Position numbers and translations under genes: made by a program
The notes under the pieces: generated by a model
The model's database searches: none
What the model saw: the letters and a program-made list of their open reading frames with translations, nothing else
What the model was told of the DNA's origin: nothing
NCBI GenBank assembly: GCA_002189035.1
Contig: NEEC01000014.1
Coordinates: forward strand, 1,612,001 to 1,676,000
Origin: Utricularia gibba
Lineage: Eukaryota; Plantae; Magnoliophyta
DNA: 64,000 nt
Reading direction: 5' to 3'
Shown: in pieces, positions 49,358 to 64,000 of the stretch
Layout: every line of letters begins with the position of its first letter
Position numbering within the stretch: position 1 is the stretch's first letter

Positions 49358-51095
49358 ATGCCTTCTGGTCCCAAGAAAAGAAAAGCCGCCAAGAAGAAGG
49401 GGCTGCAGACCCATCCCAATCCGTCGTCTCGGACTCACGGTGTGATATCCTTCTTTGCTTTTTGAATGGGTTCCCCCCCGCCCCGCCCCCATGTGCTGCG
49501 CTCAATTATTTTCCCTTCTTTTTTTCCGACTTTACAGTTGAGTTTCCATTCAATTTTGGGGGTTTCCCGCATTATAAGCATGCCTTTGCCTTGTACCCGG
49601 ATGTGATTTTATTTGAGTTTTTGCTTTAACATCATACTTCTGCTGTGAGTTGCTTGGGAGAATTCTTGTAGTATTTCTGATTGCTTTTTCTTTTTTGAAA
49701 ATTGGAAAACTATGGTAGGGGATGAGGAGGAAGAAAATGGTCTAGGGGGAATCCTGAAGTTGGAGGATATCATTCGGATGAGAATATTGGGCAAGAGATA
49801 CGGAAAGAGGGGGAGGGGAACATTCCAGTTGAAAGCCAGGCCCATGTTGAGGATACAATCGTCAAAGAAAATGGAAGATTTGGGCATGCGGAAGTTAGTG
49901 GAGACGTAGATGAAGACGATCGGTGTGATGGTGTTATCCCAGAAGAAAGCCAAGTCAAACCGGAGGATACAATCTTTCAAGAAAATGGGATATCGGAGCA
50001 TGAGGAAATTTCTCGGGACGCTGATGACGCAGGCCACTGTGACGGTGTCATTTTAGGTGAAAGCGAAACCAAGATTGAGGATACAGCCAATAAAGAAAAT
50101 GAAAGATCCGAGCATGAGGAAGTTGGTAGAGACATTGATGTAGAAGACCAGTGTAATGGTGTCAACGGTTATCTAGCTGAAGAGGATCTTGCTGATCCAG
50201 TGAAAGTGGGTGTCACAACCATACCAACCGATGGGGATATCCATATTGAAGATGGACTCAATGAAGAAAGTGCGAGATCTGAGCATGAAGAAAATGGTAG
50301 CAGCAAGAGCAATGCTGCTGAAGATCAGCCTAATGACGTAAAGGATCCTGAAGAGGATTTTTCTCCTGTTGGTTCATGGAATGGAGAGGTTGGTGAGGCT
50401 CCGACTAATGAATTTGAAAACGAGGAAATTAGGTGCACCAATTATACTGAAGATTATTCTTCTGCCACTGGGGGAATCAGGCCCATCCTGTTGATTCATT
50501 GAAGACAGCCAACACTTCATTGGCAGGAAAAGTTCATAATTCTACGGATCAGGGGTCTGGAGATTCAGTTGCAGAAAATGGCCAGTTAGTTGTACCTGAG
50601 AAGTCTCTTCCTTTGACTGACAGAGAAGAAGATACAAGCTATCAAGAGAAACCCTGTAGCCCCTTGTGACTGAGCATGTAGTAGGAGAAACTGGGGATGG
50701 AAAAGCTATTGCCATGGATGAGAAACTTAATATTTTCGTGTTGAAGGATATAGCCTTGGTACCAGAGGAAAGGATTCTAAAAGATGTGGAGGATAATTCT
50801 ACAAATGAATCAAAGGATTTTATGGTTGATGGCAAGTTGATTCATTCGAACATTACCCCTATCACTTCTGCTTATAATGGGGCTGCACATAATGGAGATC
50901 TTGGTGCTACTGCTTATGAGGTGCTGTTTAGTTTACGGTTTGTAAGGTTAATTCGTCCTCTTTTATTTTGCCAATATTCACCCTTTAGAATATTCGTGGC
51001 AGCCTTTGCTGATTGCACCTCCTCCAGCATTGCAAAAAACATCCTGGAAGGGTTGCTGTGGGCTGTTTGAAGCGTTCAAAAGATCTGGCTGGTAA
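49358..51095 (+). CDS. Uncharacterised plant acidic protein (MPSG-K-KRKAAKKK N-terminus, TSWKGCCGLFE C-terminus); three apparent -1 homopolymer frameshifts
   Basis: Exon 1 reads MPSGPKKRKAAKKKGLQ. A large acidic exon 2 starts at 49719 and the last exon reads PLLIAPPPALQKTSWKGCCGLFEAFKRSGW*. The frame is restored by adding one base at G5 49745-49749, G5 50470-50474 and C4 50660-50663. Confidence 0.75.
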
Positions 51096-52213
51096 CTTAA
51101 ATGCTGCATTTTGAGCTTTATATTCCATGTTACGCATGCGTCATCCCAAGGATAAGAATTTCATAAATATCGATGATCGTTTCTTGTTCGCAGACGGAGC
51201 GTGGAAGGCATGGAATGCTGGCAAGGAGTTGACCCTTCTTTGTGATTTTCCTTCCCCGAACAGCTATATACCCAAGAATAATGGGATGGAAAGTGATCAC
51301 TGCATCATTGTCTATAGACTAAAAGCTGCTTATAGCCTAAGCATTTTCTTTAATCGTCTTGTTGGTTTTTTAATCGTGTCTTAGAAAATGCTCCATACGT
51401 AGACTGTCTTTTTGCGTATAACATTGCATCTGTGGAGAATTGTGAATCTCTCAAAGTATCCTGCTACTTCATGGTTGTTGCTGTTGTTTGATTGTTCAGA
51501 CATGAATTGGTTCTTCTCCTGGTTGAGGGAGCCACAGGTTCACTTTTGTTTCTTCGTATTATGATGAATTCCTTGGGAGTGTGCATTGTTTTACTGGAAA
51601 TTGAGCGAAGCATTAGATAAGGATGGCCAAACAAAATGGGTACCTTGAGACTATCATAATATTTGACTTCAGAAAGGTTTGGGAGAATTATATATGTCGC
51701 TGCGTTCCACCGGGCGTGTTGTGATTCTTTGAGAGAAATATTGGAGTTTTTTAATGATAATTCCGATGTAATGCCCGCTGATACAATAAGAATAAACTTT
51801 TGAAATGGCATACAGTGTCAGTGCTATCAACGTGTAATGGAAATTTTGAACCTTGATTCTGGCAAGTGTTTTTCAGATATGGTTTCTAGAACAGGTAAGG
51901 CTTGTCCCACTCCCAACATGGTGATATGATTAGTTCATGGACAACATGGTTGACCTTTTTTATCTTTACTTACATCATCAGTCCTTGTCTGTTCTGTGTT
52001 GCTAATTCGTTGATCATTGTGATTACAGATGTTGCAATCTTTTGGGTTACATCCGTATCTTATCATCCTACATTATTACGCTTATCGGTGCAACGTTCCC
52101 TTGGTGGTGGTCCGTGTGCTTCCTGAATTTCCACTTCCCTTCTCTGTGGTGATTTTCCCTTTGTGTGGTTTTCCTGAAGCCCTTCATTCCCCTTCCCCGT
52201 GATTTCACTGGAA

Positions 52214-53741
52214 ATGGCTTCTTGCAGTCTGTCGCCCCTGTTTTCACCATCCACCGCCAGCCTGAGGTCTAATCAAAATCCCCTCTTACAAACCGTCTCT
52301 CCAGTACCGAAACGAGTCCCTTGTCCAAGAAGAGTTTCATTTCTTACTAGGGCGTTGCTTTCTGCATCCAAAGATTCAGTCTTGGAAGATTTTCGCCAAA
52401 GAAGGGCTCTCAAAGTTGGTTCCCTTTAGGTTCATTATTCTGGGTTTTCTCTATCGCTTCCCTCCGCCGACACCTTATTGCTGAATTTTCATAATCATTG
52501 CAGATTATCTCTGGGTTGAACAATTTTGATAAGGATAATGTAGCTTCCGTTGTTACTGCTGCTGACAAGGTTAATATTTCGTGTTTTTGCGCCGTTTATT
52601 GGTTTATCTTCTCAACTTGCAGTCGTGAACAGGGAGGAGCAACCTGTGTGGACATTGCCTGCGAAGCGGAGCTTGTTAAGATGGCGACTACCTTAACACT
52701 TCTCCCGGTGAGCCTGAAATGTTGTGTTTACTCGTATGTTGAGGGATTATATCACATGCTGGTTTTCGTTTTCTGTCTGCAGATTTGTGTTTCTTCTGTC
52801 GACCCAGCAGCATTTCCTGCTGCTGTTGAGGCAGGAGCATCAATGGTTTGACCCTATATTACACTCTTTTTGTCTTCTGTTTCTACTCCAGGGCCATAAA
52901 GTAGGATCTTCTTGATTTCTCAGATTGAGATTGGAAACTATGATTCTTTTTATGAGCTGGGAGTGTTCTTCTCGCCTGAACAAGTACGAATGTCTGCAAA
53001 CTAGAATATCCTCTTCTGTTTCTCTGTTTGGCTTGCACAAATCTTATGAATGATGGCATTTTCCTTTCATGTTTCTGCTATCAGATCCTCAGTCTAACAA
53101 AGGAAACTAAAAGAATTCTTCCAAATATCGTGCTCTCAGTGACCGTTCCTCATACACTGAGCCTCCCAGATCAGGTTTCAATCCTGCACAGGGTCCATCA
53201 TTCGTCTCTGTACTTGAACATGAATAACTCCTCCTGCAGGTCAAGCTAGCAGAACAGCTAGAACAAGAGGGAGCGGATATTATTCAAACAGAAGGTGGGA
53301 AATACTCTAATCCATCAAAGGCTGGCGTTCTCGGTTTGATTGAAAAGGTAAGCTTTCCGCCACATTCACCATTTTTCTTCTTCTACAGCTCCTGAAAACT
53401 CCCCTCATCACTGAAACCTCAGGCATCACCCACACTCGCAGCTGCATATTCCATCTCACGTGCAGTTAGAATACCAGTTATGTGCTCATCAGGCCTCAGC
53501 TCTGTTACTGCACCAATGGCCATTTCTGCAGGAGCTTCCGGCATAGTAAGTGACAGAGGAAATTGTAGTGGCCGTGTTCTTTTGCACCACCTTCTCAGTC
53601 CTGGTTCTGTGTGTTCTTCAGGGTGTGGGTTCTGCAGTGAACAAGCTGAACGATGTTGTGGCGATGATTGCAGAGGTGGCAACCATAGCTGAGGCCATGA
53701 AGCTATACAATGGGGAGAGGAGCAGCGTTATTACCATGTGA
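52214..53741 (+). CDS. ycf23: Ycf23/DUF561-family plastid protein (8 exons)
   Basis: A transit peptide precedes ALK|IISGLNNFD, ICVSSVDP, IEIGNYDSFY, LSVTVPHTLSLPDQ, DIIQTEGG, ASPTLAAAYSISRAV and GVGSAVNKLND. Confidence 0.88.
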
Positions 53742-53871
53742 CCTCTTCCATGACTAGTTTTGCAGCTGCGGTCCCACGCCGAAAGACTCTTCTGCCCTTC
53801 CAGTTTACATCTATGTTTTAATGCACTAATATGCCGATAAAAATTTATTATTTATAATTTTTTTAAACCAT

Positions 53872-53880
53872 AAACCCTAA
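53872..53880 (+). promoter_or_regulatory. Telo-box (AAACCCTAA) in the MCM3 promoter
   Basis: Exact motif about 330 nt upstream of the ATG. Confidence 0.55.
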
Positions 53881-54126
53881 AAAATTTTCATTCTTTTTTA
53901 AAATAAATTATGGGTTGTTTTTTTTAAAAAAAATAATAAGAAAATTATCTAAAACAATTTTTTTAAAAAAAAATGTTCGCGTTATGAAGTGGGTGGGCAA
54001 TGGGCCGGGAGTAGCCATTGACAGGCAGTACCAACGGTGTGTTGTGGGCTGGATCCTCACAGCCCGTTTAAATGCCTGGCATTTGGGGTCTCCTTCTACC
54101 GCCAAAATGCACTAGCGTTCGTTGAG

Positions 54127-54135
54127 TTTCCCGCC
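54127..54135 (+). promoter_or_regulatory. E2F-binding site (TTTCCCGCC) of MCM3
   Basis: Perfect consensus about 80 nt upstream of the ATG. MCM genes are established E2F targets. Confidence 0.8.
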
Positions 54136-54210
54136 AAATTAACAGTGTATTTGTGCTTCTTTTTCTTTCTGTACACGCCGGAGGTCCAGTTTGGAGCCGA
54201 CGGAATTGCG

Positions 54211-57930
<3,720 letters not shown>

Positions 57931-58543
57931 TGGGTACGCCTTTCCATGCCCAAAATCAAGCAAAAAATTATCTTAGTTTGTAGAAACCCTAATTTCATGC
58001 CCTCTAGGGACGCCATCATCGTGTCATACTGAAACTGTATCAAGCCTTCTCTTGTGTAGATCACGTCATGAAAATTGGGTTATGTTTTGTTTTGTTTTTC
58101 GAAAATTGTTTTTTGAGAAATATTTTTAATTTAATACAAATTGGATTGTTGCATCTTCTTAAAAATAATAAAAACAAAATTTTTGTTTTTGAAATGATTT
58201 TTTAAAAATATAAACTATTCTCTTTGGAATTAATACCAAGAAAAATAGTCCGACCAAACCATGCACGGGTTTGTGTTGTTGTACCTTGGGCCTCAGGCCC
58301 ATCCATGCCTAACTTCGGATCTTCAATCTCGCCGTCGGCCTCAAGTCGTCAACGTGTTGTCTCGTAGTTTCTGACTTGCCGTTAGTTTTGAAGTTAACGG
58401 CAGCCTCCAGTTTTCCGCTGAATCCCCTCTTTTTCTACCGTCAATCGCCGCCTGTTTTGCTCCAGCAGACTTCTGTTTTTCACCGGAATTAGCTCAAGTT
58501 TTCCGCAGAAATGCTCTTTTGATTCGGGGAAATTGCGTGGGAA

Positions 58544-60748
58544 ATGGCGCAATTGGAAAAAGAGAAAATGAGGCGTGTCAATCCTTGGACCTGGGGCGTC
58601 CTTGGTGCCGCTATTGTTCTTCTTCTTGGTGTTGTGTACGCACATAGGCGTTCGAGTGTGGATTCTTTGATTCATCGCATTCAGAGTTGCAAGTGCCGAC
58701 AGGTTTGGTTATGAATAGGAGATTTACTTATTCTTGTTTCCTGTAAATCTTTCTTGTGCATGTATCTAAAGTGTATATGTAGGAGGGATTTGAATACAGT
58801 GGAGTTGTGGAAGATTGCTGTTGCGATTATGCGACGGTAAATCGCATAAATTCGGAGGTTCTGCATCCAGCTCTTCAGCAGCTAGTCACACATCCATTTT
58901 TCCGGTATTTTAAGGTATGATAAGGTTTAGGCCTCATGTTTGTTTGAGATTGATGTTGCCATGCATCCATTCTCATAATAAGGAACTTTTGGTTTTAGGT
59001 TAAATTATACTGCGATTGCCCTTTCTGGCGGGATGATGGTTTGTGCTTCTTGAGAGGTTGCAGTGTCTGCGAATGCCCAGAGAATGAGTTTCCAGAAACA
59101 TTTAAGAAACCTTCTGGAATTGGGATATCGCCAGATGATCCCATATGCCAGGGCGGAGCTCCTGAGGCTGCTTTGGATCGTACTATCGATGCAAAGGCTT
59201 TTAAAGGATGGATTGATGTGGATAATCCATGGACAGCTGACGATGAGAGAGATCACGGTAATTATTACCTATATCGTGGAGAAAGTTCATTTTAAATATG
59301 CAAAGATGCACATTTTCTGGTACACTCAAAATTTCCCCCACATTTTTATTCCTTTCGCTTCCTTAGTATCCTCTGCTTGATATCCTTGTTTGATGTGCCA
59401 ACTTTCTGTCGTAAGATTTTGAAATCTATTTTTGCAGCCGAGATGGTGTATGTTAACCTGCAGCTTAATCCTGAAAGATATACGGGATATACCGGTGCAT
59501 CAACTAAGAGAATATGGGATGCTGTTTACTTGGATAACTGCCCAATTTGTGAGTCCTTCAACTCCAGGCAGCTGTCATGGCTAGTTCTATATATTTTTCT
59601 TTCTTCTTGGAACTTTTCATTATGATCATTCATTTGGTTTTAGATTCTTCAGAAGAGTGCCAGGAAAAAAGAATATTTTACAAGTTGATCTCTGGTCTTC
59701 ACTCCTCCATCTCGGTTCACGTTGCTGCTGATTACCTGCTAGATGAGAAAACAAACACTGTACGGTCTCAATTTCATGCCTAGCTTATCTTTAAGCTAAT
59801 GCCTGCCAGCATAATGTCTTTTTTTTGGTTTCACTAGTGCTTTACAAATATGGTTTTTAGTTTCATCTGCTGCATTCAATTAACATTTCAGAATCTATCT
59901 TTACTGTAAATCATATCTTGCCTCTTGCAGTGGGGCCCGAATCTATCCTTACTGTATTATCGTGTCTTGGGATATCCAGCCCGTGTCAGCAACTTATACT
60001 TCACGTATCTTTTTGTTCTTCGATCAGTAATGAAGGTAAGCGGCCTTCTTTTTTTTTTTTTTTTCCCGTGTTGCTATTTCTCTTCATGATTGTTCTTTCT
60101 ACTTGGATATATGCTAGGCTTCAGATTTTTTAGAGCAAGCTGACTATGATACCGGCAATCAATTGGAGGATCAGGACACAGAGCTTTTGATTAAGAAGCT
60201 GCTTCATGATCACGAACTGCAAGCCTCATGCCCAAAACCATTCGATGAAGGTAAACTCTGGAAAGGCCAAAATGGACCAGAACTGATGAAGCAAACCCAA
60301 CTCCAGTTTAGAAACATAAGGTTTGTACTTCATTTTACCCGCACACTGTGCTACTTTAGCTCACTAACATACCCATTATACCGGGGCTGTCTCAGTGCTC
60401 TAATGGATTGCGTGGGATGCGAAAAGTGTCGTCTCTGGGGAAAGCTTCAGGTTCTAGGTCTCGGAACAGCAATGAAAGTGCTGTTCTCTCTAGATGGGCA
60501 TGAATCATCACCTCAGCACGTAAGTTCTTGATCATCAATCCTTTTTATCACCCAAGATGACTTCAGCACTCTCTCATCACTCTCTATTGTGCTGTAATGA
60601 AACCCCACAGCTTCAACTTCAGCGGAATGAAGTTATCGCGTTGATGAATTTGCTCAACCGTCTCTCTGAATCCATCCAGTATGTTCATGAGCTGGGACCT
60701 TCTGCTCACGCCAAGTTTGGGGGTACGCTTGGTGCTTTGCCCCTGTGA
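58544..60748 (+). CDS. ERO1: Endoplasmic reticulum oxidoreductin 1
   Basis: [55 protein letters not shown], the inner active site [16 protein letters not shown] and [13 protein letters not shown] are present. Confidence 0.94.
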
Positions 60749-61018
60749 TGCCGCCATACGGACCAATAGGAAAATTGTGCTTCAGAATAACCTAATAAAG
60801 CTTTTTGTCTATGTATACAACAATATATTGTATAACCTAATTAAAAAATATATTGGCCATCCGTACACTCTCTTTCATATACTAATTAAAAAATTCACTG
60901 GTTGATTAATTTTTTAATATACTATCTAATATATTGCCAGATTTCTAATTCATCTTAATATATTACATACTGTAAATAAATTAATTAATATTTTTAAAAT
61001 TAATTACCAGGCCGAAGA

Positions 61019-61133
61019 TGGGCCCCATGGGCTAGGCCCAATGGGGGCTAGAAGGGTACACGGGTTTGACCCACCCAGTTAATCATGACCCAGTTGTGTA
61101 CGGTCGGGTCCGACCCAGAAATCATAAACCCTA
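61019..61133 (+). promoter_or_regulatory. Site II cluster plus telo-box upstream of OLA1
   Basis: TGGGCC, TGGGCT and GGCCCA occur at 61019-61040 and AAACCCTA at 61126-61133. This combination is typical of translation-related genes. Confidence 0.6.
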
Positions 61134-61242
61134 CAGACTATACATCAGCTGGATGGAGGTGGATTGTTGCACTTGCAGCACACAGGGGATATTCTTTTAA
61201 TTGCTGAGAGGGAGATTGGTAGTGAAGTGGGAAAGAGTGGAG

Positions 61243-64000
61243 ATGCCTCCGAAAGCAGGGAAATCGAAGGAAGCTCCTGCGGAGAGGCCAATTCTTGGTC
61301 GATTTTCTTCTCATTTGAAAATTGGAATTGTGGGTACCAATTGCTTATTTGTGTAGCTTCTTTGACAGTACTTCTCGCACGGCCGGTGTTTTATCCTTTT
61401 TCCTGATTTTTTGGTCCTGTTGCCCAGTAAATCGTCAGCTTCGTCGGTGTTGGGTTCTTGTTTGGAGCATCGGATGACGTCTTTATACTACGGTTTATAA
61501 ATTGGTTTCAGGTTGGTTTGCCTAATGTAGGAAAGTCCACCCTTTTCAACACACTCACGAAGTTGTCTATCCCGGCTGAAAACTTCCCGTTCTGCACTAT
61601 TGAACCCAACGAAGCTAGGGTTAATGTGCCTGATGAGCGATTCGAATGGCTGTGTCAACTATACAAACCAAAAAGCGAGGTTCTTCCACTTTTTGATTTA
61701 GATATTGCTTGCTGATCATGCTCAGAAAATCTATTCTGCTATAAATAGTGCTTTCTTTGCTTAAGCACAGGTATCAGCTTTCTTAGAAATTCATGATATT
61801 GCTGGGCTGGTTCGTGGTGCTCATGAAGGTCAAGGCCTGGGGAACAATTTTTTATCGCATATTCGGGCTGTTGATGGCATTTTTCATGTTATTCGTAAGT
61901 CGTTCTTTTGTTGTCATTATTTTTTCCTCCTGTAATTTAAGAGTTTGATGTCATGAATCTAGGTTGCGAGTCATTCTTGTGTTGGAACCTTTCGCCTATG
62001 TAGGTGCGTTTGAAGATACCAGCATTGTTCACGTTGATGATACTGTAGATCCTGTGAGAGATTTAGAGACCATCTGTGCAGAACTACGTTTGAAGGTGTG
62101 ACAAACGGATTTTTCACTTGGTATAGCTATCTATGCCTTGTACAAAAGAGGCGGAAATGGTGCCACATCTCTCATTTGAAATGTCGAGTGCTGTTATAGT
62201 TTTTGGATTCCGATGAGGAATGGGGTTTTCTTGAGTTCTAATGTAATATGAATATGCAATATTAGGATCTAGAGTTCATGGAGAGGAGGATTGAAGATCT
62301 TGAAAAGAGCATGAAGAGGAGCAATGATAAGCAACTAAAAATTGAGCATGAGCTCTGTGTTCGGGTTTGTGTTTTAAATTTTCATTTTATAAGCTAGAAT
62401 TGGGAAACCAAATTGATTCTCCGTCTTTTCACAGTGTTTTCATCTTATGGTGGTTGTGCATCTGATGCATTTTGGTATTTATTATAATCATTCTAAAGGT
62501 AAAAGGATCTCTAGAGGAGGGTAAAGATGTTCGCTTGGTTGATTGGAAAGCTGCGGATGTTGAAATCTTGAATACTTTCCAGTTGCTAACAGCGAAGCCT
62601 GTTGTTTACTTGGTGAGTTGAAAATTATGAACACATATAGGAATCGGTAGAAAATTCATATTAGTAGCACGTATTTTATATTTTGTTGAAAATTCATGAG
62701 AACCTAGACACTATATGTATGATTATTTTCTTACTAAATTTTCATTCTAATTTCTGTATTTTCTACAGGTAAACATGAATGAAAAAGATTATCAAAGAAA
62801 AAAGAACAAGTTTCTTCCAAAGATCCATGCTTGGTACTTTTCAGTAATATGCAAATGCTGTCTTTATTATCCTTTGGTTTGGGACCTATGAAGCCATATT
62901 CTGATGCATAGTTTAGTGTTACTGAGAACTATTATCACATTATGTTACCCAGTGGCCCAATGATGTTACTGAATATTTTCCTTCAGCAGTTTTTTGATCG
63001 AGTACTTGTAGATGCTTTGTTCATCTTATCCCTTTTTTATTTTTCAGGGTTCAGGAGCATGGTGGTGAAACTATAATTCCTGTCAGCTGCGCTTTGGAGT
63101 CCAAACTCGCTGATATGTCTCCAGATGAAGTTGCAAAATACTGTGAGGAAAACCAAGTTCAAAGGTTTGATTCACGATAATATGCTTTGAGTAACATAGG
63201 TTGCAACTATGATGTTCCTGAATGGAACAGCTGTCCTTTAAGATGTGACTTTGCGATGAACACATTAATGCACACGAAGTATCCAATACATGTGATGCGT
63301 CGAGTGCTTCTGAAAGAGGAAATAAAGTTTTTTGTCGCCTTCTGAGTGCTTCGTTACTGAACTGAAGTTACGTCTGGCTGTTTTCAAGCTGGATAGCCAC
63401 TTGGTGAGAATTGAAATTGTTGGGTGGGATTTGAAATGTCCCAAGACATGAGGTGGTTATATTAGTGTAGCGGCTGTTTGTGCTGTTCTGCGCACCTTGT
63501 ATCTGTCTGTTTGTAGGTGGTTGTTTTCTTCTTTTCAGCTCCAGCTTCCATCATGTCCATTCTTTACAAAAATCTGCATTCAGATATTTTAGTCCATCAG
63601 TAACTAATCATGAACGACATCTGTCTGTGTTGCACTGCAGCGTCCTTCCAAAGGTTATAAAGACTGGATTCTCTGCTATCAATCTGATATACTTCTTCAC
63701 TGCTGGTCCAGATGAGGTATCCTGATTGTTTCCGTGCTACCAGTCAATTAAGCCAAGGATTCCATAAACCACCATGATTTGCTTGCAGGTGAAGTGCTGG
63801 CAAATTCGTCGGCAAAGCAAGGCACCTCAAGCAGCTGGAACTATCCATACTGATTTCGAGAAAGGTTTCATTTGCGCTGAGGTACTTGCATGCCTTTCAA
63901 CTGTTTTCGACATCCAAACGTGCCTTGGTGTTTTCATCCCTCTTTCGATCTTTATAGGTTATGAAGTTCGAAGATCTAAAGGAACTCGGAAGTGAATCTG
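61243..64000 (+). CDS. OLA1: Obg-like ATPase 1 (YchF/EngD), truncated by the window end
   Basis: [29 protein letters not shown]|[41 protein letters not shown] and [21 protein letters not shown] are present. Confidence 0.95.

Overview
This is flowering-plant nuclear DNA, most likely a eudicot with a strongly compacted genome. It holds about 19 protein-coding genes in 64 kb, mostly with introns near 60-130 nt: a CIB/bHLH74-type bHLH, BP/KNAT1, EPFL2-like, PSRP6, an RLK7/IKU2-like receptor kinase, AAE14/MenE, a phytosulfokine precursor, SOFL, AITR/DIG-like, a ZAT10-like zinc finger, class III ACBP, DUF620, NRAMP, S40, an acidic MPSG-type protein, ycf23/DUF561, MCM3, ERO1 and OLA1/YchF (the last runs off the window). 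There are also two deletion-riddled pseudogenes (CSLC and an ARM-repeat gene), several MITE-like elements, and a possible relic of a viral 30K movement protein. The most striking observation is an intact NRAMP2/3/4-clade transporter whose TM6 metal/proton motif reads [12 protein letters not shown] instead of CIIMPHNVFLHS. These changes parallel the grass aluminium transporter NRAT1, which belongs to a different NRAMP clade, and suggest convergent evolution of altered selectivity. Also notable are an EPFL2-like peptide missing one of its six cysteines, a PSK precursor without the conserved Cys/Arg block, and a new 38-aa acidic tandem repeat. Six single-base frameshifts all fall in G/C homopolymers (one in essential MCM3), so they are probably assembly errors rather than biology. 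Family assignments are from recalled reference sequences; no searches were run.
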